Assembly (NCBI RefSeq): GCF_044324875.1
Contig: NZ_CP172185.1
Strand: one strand, 5' to 3'
From: Escherichia coli
Lineage (GTDB): Bacteria > Pseudomonadota > Gammaproteobacteria > Enterobacterales > Enterobacteriaceae
Length of the DNA: 64,000 nt
Shown here: in pieces, positions 8,536 to 17,186 of the stretch
Position numbering within the stretch: the first letter of the stretch is position 1
How the letters are laid out: every line of letters begins with the position of its first letter
The notes under the pieces: model-generated
The model's input: the letters and a program-made list of their open reading frames with translations, nothing else
The model's database searches: none
Told to the model about the DNA's origin: nothing
Translations under genes and position numbers: made by a program

Positions 8536-8823
8536 ATGACTCTAAAGGAATTCATCAAATCATTAAAAACTGGAGAAGCAAAAAAATTTGCTGCCAACCT
8601 TGGTGTGTCTCCGTCCTTCTTGTCTCAAATGGCATCTGGCAGTTCACCAGTGTCTCCTGTTCGTGCGTTAATGATAGAAGCAGAAACTGCAGGGCATGTT
8701 ACAAGAAGAGAGTTGAGGCCGAATGACTGGGATCTTATATGGCCGGAATACACCGGAATTACGCCCCCTTCAAGTCATAAATATGAGCTTAACACCAAAA
8801 AAGTTGATGGGGTTGATTCATGA
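8536..8823 (+). CDS. Cro-like regulator, YdaS/DicC-type HTH
   Basis: Internal ATG at 8536 of track ORF 8503..8823. Motif KFAANLGVSPSFLSQMASGSSPVSPVRALMIEAETAGHV resembles Rac YdaS. First rightward gene. Confidence 0.7.
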   Translation: MTLKEFIKSLKTGEAKKFAANLGVSPSFLSQMASGSSPVSPVRALMIEAETAGHVTRRELRPNDWDLIWPEYTGITPPSSHKYELNTKKVDGVDS

Positions 8824-9245
8824 AAATCAAACATGAGCACATCCGCATGGCGATGAATGCCTGGGCGCATCCGGACGGCGAAAAAGTACCGGCTGCGAAA
8901 ATTACCAAAGCGTATTTCGAACTGGGTATGACGTTCCCGGAACTGTACGACGACAGCCACCCTGAAGCCCTGGCGCGTAATACCCAGAAAATTTTCCGCT
9001 GGGTAGAGAAAGACACCCCTGATGCAGTTGAAAAAATTCAGGCGTTGTTACCAGCGATCGAAAAGGCAATGCCACCTTTGCTGGTGGCCAGAATGCGCAG
9101 CCACAGTTCAGCTTATTTTCGGGAGCTGGTGGAGATGCGGGAACGACTGGTGAGAGACGCTGATGATTTTGTCGCGGTGGCAATAGCTGGCTTCAACCAG
9201 ATCAACCGTGGTGGCCCGGCCGGAAATGCTGTGGCTGTGCATTGA
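8820..9245 (+). CDS. YdaT-like protein (proposed CII-like regulator in Rac-type prophages)
   Basis: 141 aa starting MKIKHEHI, as recalled for Rac YdaT; overlaps the cro-like stop (translational coupling). Confidence 0.7.
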   Translation: MKIKHEHIRMAMNAWAHPDGEKVPAAKITKAYFELGMTFPELYDDSHPEALARNTQKIFRWVEKDTPDAVEKIQALLPAIEKAMPPLLVARMRSHSSAYFRELVEMRERLVRDADDFVAVAIAGFNQINRGGPAGNAVAVH

Positions 9246-9316
9246 TCGGCAATATTCATACCGGATCTCTTTCGGTAATACGTGATTAAAAAGATTCGGT
9301 ATCTGAAGAGGTTAGT

Positions 9317-10387
9317 ATGGCTAATGCCTGGCTCAGATTATGGCATGACATGCCAAATGACCCCAAGTGGCGAACCATTGCCCGGGTGTCAGGTCAGCCA
9401 ATTGCAACAGTGATGGCTGTGTATATCCACCTCCTGGTGAGCGCGTCACGAAATGTCACGCGAGGTCACATTGATGTCACGACCGAGGATTTGGCAAGTG
9501 CGCTCGATGTGACAGAAGAGATGATTGATTCAATTTTGCAGACGATGCAGGGGCGGGTACTTGATGGTGATTTAATCACTGGATGGGAAAAACGCCAGGT
9601 GCTGAAAGAGGACAACGGCAATATTTCGCAAACCGCAAAATCTCCTGCAGAGCGCAAGAGGGCGCAGCGAGAGAGGGAAAGAAAGCGGGAACAAAATGGC
9701 GATTGTCACGGCGCGTCACGAAATGTCACGCACATGTCACGACGAGTCACGACAGATAAAGATACAGATAAAGATACAGATCAAGAAGATCAAAACACTA
9801 TGGTCCATGGCGTGAAAAACGCCACGAACCAGGCTGGGGATGTTCAGACCGTCAATCCTGATCAGCCCGCAGGCACGACACCGGAAGCCGATTCAGCGTA
9901 TGCGCTGAAAGCCGATTCGGGCGCTGTGCAGCAGGCGATGACCGCAGGGTCGGAGCAATCACACCAACTGCAGCAGCCTGAAGCCGATTCCGCGATTCAG
10001 CGGGAAGCCGATCGGGTAGTCCCGGAAAACACCGGGCAGCCTGTGGGACGAGTGGATTATCCGGATGTGTTCGAACAGGTCTGGCGGGAATACCCGTTGC
10101 GTGCCGGGGCAAACCCGAAGAAATCCGCTTTCAGTGCCTGGAAGGCCAGATTACGCGAGGGGGTGCCACCGCAGGTCATGCTGGATGGTGTGAGGCGTTA
10201 CGCGAGGTACCTGGCGGCGACCGGGAAAGCGGGAACGGAATTTGTTCAGCGGGCGACAACGTTTTTTGGACCTGACCGGAATTTTGAAAACCCCTGGTTG
10301 CTCCCGACTGGCGGGACGAACAACCAGCGTTGTGTGAATCATATTTCCGAACCGGATACCGAAATTCCACCAGGTTTCAGGGGGTGA
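9317..10387 (+). CDS. Replication initiator / replisome organiser (O-like, with conserved phage C-terminal domain)
   Basis: 356 aa. N-terminal MANAWLRLWHDMPNDPKWRTIA and C-terminal FEQVWREYPLRAGANPKKSAFSAWKARL are typical of phage replication initiators. Iteron clusters lie inside the gene. Confidence 0.75.
   Translation: MANAWLRLWHDMPNDPKWRTIARVSGQPIATVMAVYIHLLVSASRNVTRGHIDVTTEDLASALDVTEEMIDSILQTMQGRVLDGDLITGWEKRQVLKEDNGNISQTAKSPAERKRAQRERERKREQNGDCHGASRNVTHMSRRVTTDKDTDKDTDQEDQNTMVHGVKNATNQAGDVQTVNPDQPAGTTPEADSAYALKADSGAVQQAMTAGSEQSHQLQQPEADSAIQREADRVVPENTGQPVGRVDYPDVFEQVWREYPLRAGANPKKSAFSAWKARLREGVPPQVMLDGVRRYARYLAATGKAGTEFVQRATTFFGPDRNFENPWLLPTGGTNNQRCVNHISEPDTEIPPGFRG
9440..9795. repeat. 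Putative replication origin: two iteron clusters plus an A/T-rich tandem repeat inside the O-like gene
   Basis: TCACGAAATGTCACGC-GAGGTCACATTGATGTCACGA at about 9444..9490 and GTCACGGCGCGTCACGAAATGTCACGCACATGTCACGACGAGTCACGA at about 9700..9750 (at least 8 GTCACG-type repeats); GATAAAGATACA x2 at about 9757..9790. Confidence 0.5.
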
Positions 10388-10393
10388 AGGATT

Positions 10394-11140
10394 ATGAAAA
10401 ATATAGCGGCAGGAGGTGTTCTTGAACGTATCCGCAAGCTGGCACCACAGCATGTAACCGCGCCGTACCGGACGGCAGAAGAGTGGCGTGAGTGGCAACT
10501 TGCGGAAGGCCAGAAACGTTGCGAGGAGATCAACCGTCAGAATCGTCAGTTACGGGTGGAAAAAATTCTGAATCGCTCCGGTATCCAGCCGTTGCACCGC
10601 AAATGTTCGTTTGCGAATTACTGGGTGCAGAACGACGGCCAGCGATATGCGCTGAGCCAGGCAAAATCCATCGCGGACGTACTGAGAACCGGATGCACAA
10701 ATTTCGTGTTCAGCGGTAAGCCGGGTACCGGAAAAAATCACCTGGCAGCCGCCATCGGTAATCATCTTCTGGCGAAAGGTCGCAGCGTGATTGTGGTCAC
10801 GGTGGCTGATGTGATGCTGGCGCTACACGGCATCTACGATAACAAAAACTCAGGCGAAAAATTTTTGCAGGGTTTGTGTGACGTTGACCTGCTGGTTCTG
10901 GATGAGATTGGCATGCAGCGTGATACGCGCAACGAACAGGTCACACTGAACCAGATCGTCGATCGCAGAACAGCCGCGATGCGCAGTGTCGGGATGCTGA
11001 CGAACCTGAATCATACCGCAATGAGCACCCTGCTTGGCGGGCGCGTGATGGACCGCATGACCATGAACGGTGGGCGCTGGGTGAATTTTAACTGGGAGAG
11101 CTGGCGTGCGAATGTCGGTCAGCCAGGAATTGAAAAGTAA
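10394..11140 (+). CDS. DnaC-like helicase loader (IstB/DnaC AAA+ ATPase)
   Basis: 248 aa with Walker A FSGKPGTGKNHLAAAIG and Walker B LLVLDEIG; directly follows the initiator gene. Confidence 0.85.
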   Translation: MKNIAAGGVLERIRKLAPQHVTAPYRTAEEWREWQLAEGQKRCEEINRQNRQLRVEKILNRSGIQPLHRKCSFANYWVQNDGQRYALSQAKSIADVLRTGCTNFVFSGKPGTGKNHLAAAIGNHLLAKGRSVIVVTVADVMLALHGIYDNKNSGEKFLQGLCDVDLLVLDEIGMQRDTRNEQVTLNQIVDRRTAAMRSVGMLTNLNHTAMSTLLGGRVMDRMTMNGGRWVNFNWESWRANVGQPGIEK

Positions 11141-11163
11141 TTTTATCGGGGAGAAAAAATTTA

Positions 11164-11934
11164 ATGGAAACCGTTTTAGACGCACTGAAAGCAATGGGAA
11201 AAGCCACGTCGGTAGAATTGGCTACGCGACTTGATATCAGTCGTGAAGAAGTTCTGAACGAGCTGTGGGAACTCAAAAGAAATGGCCTCGTTGATAAAAC
11301 TGGTCACATCTGGTTTCTGGCTGGCGAAGGTGAATCCCGGGTAACCGAAGAGCGACCAGTAAAATCTGAAGCACAGGATATGCTGACCGGGGAGGTTGAA
11401 CAAAAAGTTACCGCAGACATGATGATTGAGTTTATCAGTCAGGAGGGGGCTAAAACGTGTGAGGAACTGGCGGGTAAGTTCGGTGTCAGCACTCGCAAGG
11501 TTGCTTCCACACTGGCGGTAGTAACCGCAACGGGGCGGCTGGCACGCGTTAATCGGAACGGTAAATTTAGTTACTGCATGCCGGGCGATAATTTACCGGC
11601 AGAGCCGAAAGCTGCACCGGTAACGAAAACGGCTGGTAAGGCCTTTCCTCAGCCAGCAGGTGTTGCGTTACCAGTACAGGAAGCTGCAACACAGGAAGAA
11701 ATTACAACAGATACTGTGGCGGACATTGTGCAGTCGCTGCCATCGTTTACTGAAACGCGAGCGGATGACCTGGTTTTACCATCGCTGCATATGGCAAACC
11801 GCGAATTGCGTCGGGCGAAAAATCATGTTCAGAAGTGGGAGCGAGTCTGCGCCGCGCTGCGGGAGCTGAACAAGCACCGGGATATTGTTCGACAGATTAC
11901 TGATTCTTCCCGCCGTGTTGTATCGGAAAAGTGA
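11164..11934 (+). CDS. Hypothetical phage protein with N-terminal winged-helix-like region
   Basis: 256 aa; N-terminus ELATRLDISREEVLNELWELKRNGLVDKTG is wHTH-like; Ala/Pro-rich linker. Confidence 0.55.
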   Translation: METVLDALKAMGKATSVELATRLDISREEVLNELWELKRNGLVDKTGHIWFLAGEGESRVTEERPVKSEAQDMLTGEVEQKVTADMMIEFISQEGAKTCEELAGKFGVSTRKVASTLAVVTATGRLARVNRNGKFSYCMPGDNLPAEPKAAPVTKTAGKAFPQPAGVALPVQEAATQEEITTDTVADIVQSLPSFTETRADDLVLPSLHMANRELRRAKNHVQKWERVCAALRELNKHRDIVRQITDSSRRVVSEK

Positions 11935-12344
11935 TTGCCGGAGGCGCTTATGGCAAAAGTATTTACACAAGAAGAGCGGGAAAAATTAAAGGGCAGGTTG
12001 TCGAACTCGTGCGACAGAGCGGGCGCGAGACGTTACGACAACTGGAAGCGAAAACAGGTGCGACAAGATATCTGCTGAGCGTTCTTGCCAGAGAGCTGGT
12101 TGCCAGTGGTGATGTATACAATTCAGGCTACGGATTATTCCCGTCTGAGCAGGCGCGTAAAGACTGGCAAAACGCCCGCAAAAAACTATCAAGGGAAAAG
12201 GTGAAAAAACCGGTTGTGGTTGATCCTGACCTTATCTGGTCATTACCAGACGGAGAAATACGCCGCTACGACAGGCGCCTGAATATAATCTGTCGCGAGT
12301 GCCGGAAGAGCGAAGCTATGCAGCGTGTACTGGCATTTTATTAA
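11931..12344 (+). CDS. Hypothetical phage protein (137 aa), wHTH-like
   Basis: GTG start overlapping the upstream stop (GTGA). ETLRQLEAKTGATRYLLSVLARELVASGDV resembles a winged helix. Confidence 0.5.
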   Translation: MIAGGAYGKSIYTRRAGKIKGQVVELVRQSGRETLRQLEAKTGATRYLLSVLARELVASGDVYNSGYGLFPSEQARKDWQNARKKLSREKVKKPVVVDPDLIWSLPDGEIRRYDRRLNIICRECRKSEAMQRVLAFY

Positions 12345-12549
12345 GGAAATGTTAGGTATTTTAGACGTTACTAGATTAAAGAGCATTAGTTCAGATGTGA
12401 ATTGACATTTTCATGGCGCAGGGTAGAGCTAGTGTGGTTGTCCGCTTTGCGTCAAAACCAGATATTACCAGATTTAGACATATATTCCCGATAGCCCTGC
12501 TCTGATGCTACACTCTGTGCTATTTTCATGACCCCCAATAAAAATATTT

Positions 12550-13215
12550 ATGACTATTGCTGATTTCAAACGGCCTAAATTGGAGCTCCCGAACGGGGCA
12601 AACAAACTACTACTGCACTCTTGCTGTGCTCCATGTTCCGGTGAAGTGATGGAGGCGCTTCAGGCCTCGGGAATCGACTACACCATCTTTTTCTACAACC
12701 CGAACATTCATCCTCAGAAAGAGTATTTAATTCGTAAGGATGAAAATATTCGCTTTGCTGAACAACACGGCGTGCCGTTTATCGATGCTGATTACGACAC
12801 CGACAACTGGTTTGAACGTGCCAAAGGAATGGAATGGGAGCCTGAGAGGGGGATCCGTTGTACCATGTGTTTTGACATGCGTTTTGAGCGGACAGCGTTG
12901 TACGCTGCTGAAAATGGTTTCAGTGTGATCAGCAGTTCACTGGGCATTTCACGCTGGAAAAATATGCAGCAGGTTAACGAGTGTGGGCGGCGAGCTGTTG
13001 CGCATTATCCGGGTATGGTGTACTGGGATTATAACTGGCGCAAGCAGGGCGGCTCGTCCCGTATGATTGAAATCAGCAAGCGCGAAAAATTCTATCAGCA
13101 GGAATATTGTGGCTGTGTGTATTCTCTGCGCGATACCAATCTACACCGCAAATCTCAGGGACGCCCTCTTATAAAAATTGGCCAACTCCACTACGGAAAA
13201 GAAGAGAAGGAGTGA
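12550..13215 (+). CDS. queH: QueH-like protein (DUF208; putative cobalamin-independent epoxyqueuosine reductase)
   Basis: 221 aa with N-terminal [10 protein letters not shown] motif, FYNPNIHP...EY, and C-terminal EYCGCVYS cysteines, matching my recollection of DUF208/QueH. Preceded by about 200 bp non-coding with a TTGACA-like element. Confidence 0.6.
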   Translation: MTIADFKRPKLELPNGANKLLLHSCCAPCSGEVMEALQASGIDYTIFFYNPNIHPQKEYLIRKDENIRFAEQHGVPFIDADYDTDNWFERAKGMEWEPERGIRCTMCFDMRFERTALYAAENGFSVISSSLGISRWKNMQQVNECGRRAVAHYPGMVYWDYNWRKQGGSSRMIEISKREKFYQQEYCGCVYSLRDTNLHRKSQGRPLIKIGQLHYGKEEKE

Positions 13216-13451
13216 TTTTATGGATCACCTTTCTGATTGATTTCATATTGGCGAGGTGACGGGAGTTAAGTAGAATTGCTGCGGGTGCTTGAGGCTATCT
13301 GCCTCGGGCATGAACACCAACGGCAGATAGAGAAAAGCCCCAGTTAACATTATGCGTCCTGCAAGACGCTTAACATTAATCTGAGGCAGAATCTATGTCT
13401 AGCAAATGTAGGTTAGCCTCTTACGTGCCGAAAGGCAAGGAGAAGCAGGCT

Positions 13452-13607
13452 ATGAAGCAGCAAAAGGCGATGTTAGTCGCCCTGATCGTCATCTGTATTA
13501 CCGTCATTGTGACGGCACTGGTAACGAGGAAAGACCTCTGCGAGGTACGAATCCGAACCGGCCAGACGGAGGTCGCTGTCTTCACAGCTTACGAACCTGA
13601 GGAGTAA
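13452..13607 (+). CDS. hok: Hok/Gef-family membrane toxin (type I toxin-antitoxin)
   Basis: MKQQKAMLVALIVICITVIVTALVTRKDLCEVRIRTGQTEVAVFTAYEPEE (51 aa) closely resembles HokD/RelF. Track ORF 13395..13607 carries an in-frame upstream extension. Upstream leader has inverted repeats. Confidence 0.8.
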   Translation: MKQQKAMLVALIVICITVIVTALVTRKDLCEVRIRTGQTEVAVFTAYEPEE

Positions 13608-13711
13608 GAGACCAGGCGAGGGAGAAATCCCTCGCCACCTCTGATGTGTCAGGCATTCTCAACGCACCCGCACTTAACCCGCTTCGGCTGTTCCTTAGTT
13701 TGTCCTGATTT

Positions 13712-14065
13712 TTATTTATTACTAATACATGATTTAATTCCTTGAATCCTCTTGTTTTTTCCATTGGTAGGATCTAACACACCTCGAAGAGAATAAAAAT
13801 CAATAGTGGTAGAGCCGTCTGCTGACTTATAAATGTCGGCATTATCTGCAACTGCTAATACACTGTAATATTTACCAATTTTTTGAGAAGTGATAGTATA
13901 CAAGAGAGGTACACGTTGCCACTCACTGAGAATGCATTCTTGTATTTCTTGTGGTGGAGAATTTGTTTTAAATGAAATGATAATATCCTGCTCTTCTCTA
14001 TAATTATAAGGGTTTACGCATCCAGAAATTGCGAAAGAAAACAGAAGAATAATGATCCTGTTCAT
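13712..14065 (-). CDS. Predicted lipoprotein (about 117 aa from internal Met), AT-rich
   Basis: Internal start MNRIIILLFSFAISGC gives a signal peptide plus lipobox. Gene is markedly AT-rich compared with neighbours. No known family. Confidence 0.55.
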   Translation of the reverse strand: MNRIIILLFSFAISGCVNPYNYREEQDIIISFKTNSPPQEIQECILSEWQRVPLLYTITSQKIGKYYSVLAVADNADIYKSADGSTTIDFYSLRGVLDPTNGKNKRIQGIKSCISNK

Positions 14066-14127
14066 TTTTTTGCCTCTTTTGAAAATATTACTCAATTATT
14101 TTAGTTGCGGTGTGTTATAAGCATTAA

Positions 14128-14427
14128 CTATAAAATATTAGATTCATAATTTTGTCCGCCGTGGTAAACGCCAGCGATAAAGACTTTATTGCCATCAACG
14201 GCAAAAGCAATAATCGTTCTGTGTCGGAAATGAGTTACCCGCATCCCCTGGCGAATATCATCGCGTTTATTGCCCCGATGCGGGAATGTAGAAAACCCAT
14301 CAAGATAATCAAGAAGCGCATTGGCATAATTGTCAGCAATGACGCTTCTTGCTTTCTCCGTTATATATCTGTGCAGGTTTATTATCTGCTGTTCGGCCTC
14401 GGGGGTAATGATGACTTCATATGTCAT
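14128..14427 (-). CDS. parE: ParE-family toxin (type II TA)
   Basis: 99 aa; MTYEVIITPEAEQQIINLHRYI...FRHRTIIAFAVDGNKVFIAGVYHGGQNYE fits ParE/RelE. Immediately downstream of the ParD-like gene. Confidence 0.8.
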   Translation of the reverse strand: MTYEVIITPEAEQQIINLHRYITEKARSVIADNYANALLDYLDGFSTFPHRGNKRDDIRQGMRVTHFRHRTIIAFAVDGNKVFIAGVYHGGQNYESNIL

Positions 14428-14432
14428 GCAGA

Positions 14433-14690
14433 TTACTTCCCGGATCGAATCGCGGCGCGAACCTGTGAAATGGAGCGTCCGTTGTTTGGATTTTCGCGGA
14501 TAGAATCAAGAGAGGGGGCGGCTGAATGCGTTAACCACGCTTCGATTGCTTTATCGCGCTCATTCAGTGCACGAAGCCCTTCACGAATGACCTCGCTTTC
14601 TGAAGCATAGGCACCGGAAGCCACACGGGCGCGCACCATGTCAGCCATCTCGTTAGTTAATGTAATGCTGAATTGTTGGGTTGTACGCAT
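14433..14690 (-). CDS. parD: ParD-family antitoxin (RHH)
   Basis: Internal ATG at 14690 with upstream GAGG. MRTTQQFSITLTNEMADMVRARVASGAYASESEVIREGLRAL is the typical ParD N-terminus. Confidence 0.75.
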   Translation of the reverse strand: MRTTQQFSITLTNEMADMVRARVASGAYASESEVIREGLRALNERDKAIEAWLTHSAAPSLDSIRENPNNGRSISQVRAAIRSGK

Positions 14691-14825
14691 GGTAAACCTC
14701 ACGGAGTAGGATAGAACACTATTCGATGATAGCACGCTGCCTGTTGACGACAACAGAAATCAGAGACAATATTGCCGCACGCCAGCCTGAACAACTGGCA
14801 CCTGCTGCGCCAGCAGAGAAAACAA

Positions 14826-15098
14826 ATGGCGCACAATACCAAAAATCACAATTCTGATGCCGTTCGTGCCAGCAGGCATGGGCGGCGTTCGCGCGTATTT
14901 AAAACCGACTGGTACCAACACCCTCCATGCACTGAAGAACAGGCCGAATGGCTGATTCAGTGTTACCGCAGACACGGATACGAGATTAAGAAAGCCCTCA
15001 GCCTCGATTATCGTCACTGGATAATCTCCGTCAGGCTTCCTTACTCAGAACGCCCACCGCGTCCGTCCCGCACATACCAGCAACGTATCTGGAGGTAA
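14826..15098 (+). CDS. Hypothetical phage protein (about 90 aa)
   Basis: Internal ATG of track ORF 14772..15098; basic N-terminus; stop overlaps the RBS of the next gene. Confidence 0.45.
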   Translation: MAHNTKNHNSDAVRASRHGRRSRVFKTDWYQHPPCTEEQAEWLIQCYRRHGYEIKKALSLDYRHWIISVRLPYSERPPRPSRTYQQRIWR

Positions 15099-15099
15099 C

Positions 15100-16158
15100 G
15101 TGCGGGTATTACTTCGACCTGTTCTGGTACCGGAACTCGGGCTGGTGGTCCTTAAGCCCGGTCGTGAATCCATGCCGGTATTTCACAATCCTCGAGTGCT
15201 GGTGGAGCCGGAACCGAAAAGTATGTGCGGCCTGCCATCCGGAGTCGTCCCTGCCGTTCGCCAGCCGCTGGCGGAGGATAAATCATTACTGCCATTTTTC
15301 AGCGATGATCGGGTGATTCGTGCTGTTGGCGGCGCTGGGGCACTGTCTGACTGGCTGTTGCGTCATGTCAAATCCTGCCAGTGGCCTCATGGTGACTATC
15401 ATCACAGTGAAATCGTCATACATCGTTACGGTACCGGCGCGATGGTGTTGTGCTGGCACTGCGACAACCAGCTGCGTGACCAGACATCCGAATCACTCGA
15501 GCAACTTGCTCATCAAAACCTGTCAGCATGGATGATTGACGTCATCGGTCACGCAATAAGCGGTACGCAGGAGCGTGAATTATCTCTGGCTGAATTATCC
15601 TGGTGGGCGGTCCGCAATCAGGTGGCGGACGCGCTTCCGGAGGCAGTATTACGTCGTTCTCTGGGGTTACGTGCGGAAAAAATCCGCTCCTTGTACCGCG
15701 AAAGCGACATCGTACCGGGAGAGCAGACCGTCACCAGCATACTGAAGCAGCGCACAAAAAATATTGCGCTACCGCCTCTCGTCCACCAGCAACAGAACCC
15801 ACCACAGGAAGAGACGGTGGTCAGCATTGCCGTTGATCCGGAGTCACCGGCTCAGTATCTCCAGCGCCAGAAACCACAACGGGAAGAGATGCCTGTATAC
15901 ACGCGCTGGGTAAAAACGCAGAAATGCATGACGTGCGGTAATCAGGCAGATGATCCGCATCACATCATTGGTCATGGACTGGGAGGGATGGGAACAAAGG
16001 CTGATGATTTGTTTGTTATTCCGCTGTGCCGTAAATGTCATAACGAACTGCACGCCGGGGTAAAAGATTTTGAAGAAAAACACGGCAGCCAGCTGTTGTT
16101 GCTGATTCGTTTTTTAATGCACGCGAGAAATTCAGGTGTCCTGAAGTGGAAAGCATAA
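15100..16158 (+). CDS. DUF968-like phage protein with C-terminal Cys/His (HNH-like) motif
   Basis: 352 aa; GTG start preceded by GGAGG. C-terminal CMTCGNQADDPHHIIGHGLGG...LCRKCHNELH. Position before rusA/Q. Confidence 0.6.
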   Translation: MRVLLRPVLVPELGLVVLKPGRESMPVFHNPRVLVEPEPKSMCGLPSGVVPAVRQPLAEDKSLLPFFSDDRVIRAVGGAGALSDWLLRHVKSCQWPHGDYHHSEIVIHRYGTGAMVLCWHCDNQLRDQTSESLEQLAHQNLSAWMIDVIGHAISGTQERELSLAELSWWAVRNQVADALPEAVLRRSLGLRAEKIRSLYRESDIVPGEQTVTSILKQRTKNIALPPLVHQQQNPPQEETVVSIAVDPESPAQYLQRQKPQREEMPVYTRWVKTQKCMTCGNQADDPHHIIGHGLGGMGTKADDLFVIPLCRKCHNELHAGVKDFEEKHGSQLLLLIRFLMHARNSGVLKWKA

Positions 16159-16524
16159 ATGACTGAAAGCATAGAATTTGTTTTGCCTTACCCGCCAACG
16201 GTGAACACCTACTGGCGACGTCGTGGCAGCACATATTTTGTATCAAAAGCCGGTGAGCGTTATCGCCGTGATGTGGCGCTCATTGTTCGCCAGCAGCGGC
16301 TGAAGTTAAACCTGTCCGGACGGCTGGCGATAAAGATTATTGCAGAGCCACCGGATAAACGTCGTCGTGACCTGGACAATATCCTGAAAGCACCACTGGA
16401 TGCGCTGACGCATGCCGGACTTCTCATAGACGACGAGCAGTTTGATGAAATCAATATTGTGCGCGGTCAGCGCGTTCCTGGGGGGCGGCTGGGCGTGAAG
16501 ATTTACAAAATTGAGAGTGAGTGA
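16159..16524 (+). CDS. rusA: Holliday junction resolvase RusA
   Basis: 121 aa; PPTVNTYWRRRGSTYFVSKAGERYRRDVA...DKRRRDLDNILKAPLDALTHAGLLIDDEQ matches the RusA family. Confidence 0.85.
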   Translation: MTESIEFVLPYPPTVNTYWRRRGSTYFVSKAGERYRRDVALIVRQQRLKLNLSGRLAIKIIAEPPDKRRRDLDNILKAPLDALTHAGLLIDDEQFDEINIVRGQRVPGGRLGVKIYKIESE

Positions 16525-17111
16525 TCGTAAATATGATATACCCGGAAATTACAGGCAAAAGCGGCGAGCATTTACGTCTAAAAACGCTGGAAGCCGTCTG
16601 GATCCAGGGGAAATTACGGATGTGGGGGCGTTGGTCGTATATCAGTGGAGGGACTAGCGGTAACATGTTTAACCAACTGCTTGTATCCAGCAAAATTACC
16701 AAAACTGCAATCAACGATGCGCTGCGCCGTATGAAAAAGTCAGGCATTACGAAACCAGAGCTCGAAGCTTATTTGCGCGAAATACTCAACAGTAAAAACA
16801 AAAGTAGTCTGGCGTTTTGCTCGGACGATGAAGGCCTGAAGATTGACGGTGTGATCGCCTCGGTGCTGATGAATAATGATTACCGTTCTCTATACGGTGT
16901 GATTGTTGGCCGGTATCGTCTGCGTAAGAGCAAGTTGCAAATGGCCAATGAGCTTCATATTAAACATCCTGACTGGGCGCTCATTACCTGTCGCCGCCGA
17001 GTTGACACATGGATAAGTTTGGCCGAATCGCTCCTGTACGTTCCACTATGTGATGCGTTTGGCACAAATAGCGACAGATTTAAATTGCAAAGTGAGCAAG
17101 AAAGTGCTTGA
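16521..17111 (+). CDS. Late-gene antiterminator Q-like protein
   Basis: 196 aa directly upstream of the tR'-like terminator and lysis genes. LEAVWIQGKLRMWGRW resembles the conserved N-terminal motif of phage 82/DLP12-type Q proteins. Family assignment is tentative. Confidence 0.6.
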   Translation: MIVNMIYPEITGKSGEHLRLKTLEAVWIQGKLRMWGRWSYISGGTSGNMFNQLLVSSKITKTAINDALRRMKKSGITKPELEAYLREILNSKNKSSLAFCSDDEGLKIDGVIASVLMNNDYRSLYGVIVGRYRLRKSKLQMANELHIKHPDWALITCRRRVDTWISLAESLLYVPLCDAFGTNSDRFKLQSEQESA

Positions 17112-17160
17112 ATTGTGATAAGCTCGGGACGAAAAGCGAACTGAGCAACATAATAGTAAG

Positions 17161-17186
17161 AACCCGCCATTGTGCGGGTTTTTTTG
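17161..17186 (+). terminator. Rho-independent terminator (tR'-like) about 50 nt after Q
   Basis: AACCCGC-CATTGTG-CGGGTT followed by TTTTTTT. Confidence 0.6.

Noticed and set aside
11950-12078. Alternative ATG-initiated 42-codon frame (MAKVFTQEEREKLKG...) overlapping the start of ORF 11931..12344
   Set aside because: Short and terminates early; the long frame encodes a wHTH-like protein and is translationally coupled. A real frameshift cannot be excluded.
14030-14100. Exact base-level start of the lipoprotein gene
   Set aside because: My hand indexing here disagreed by 1 nt with the ORF-track frame. I kept the track coordinates as authoritative and make no base-level claim.
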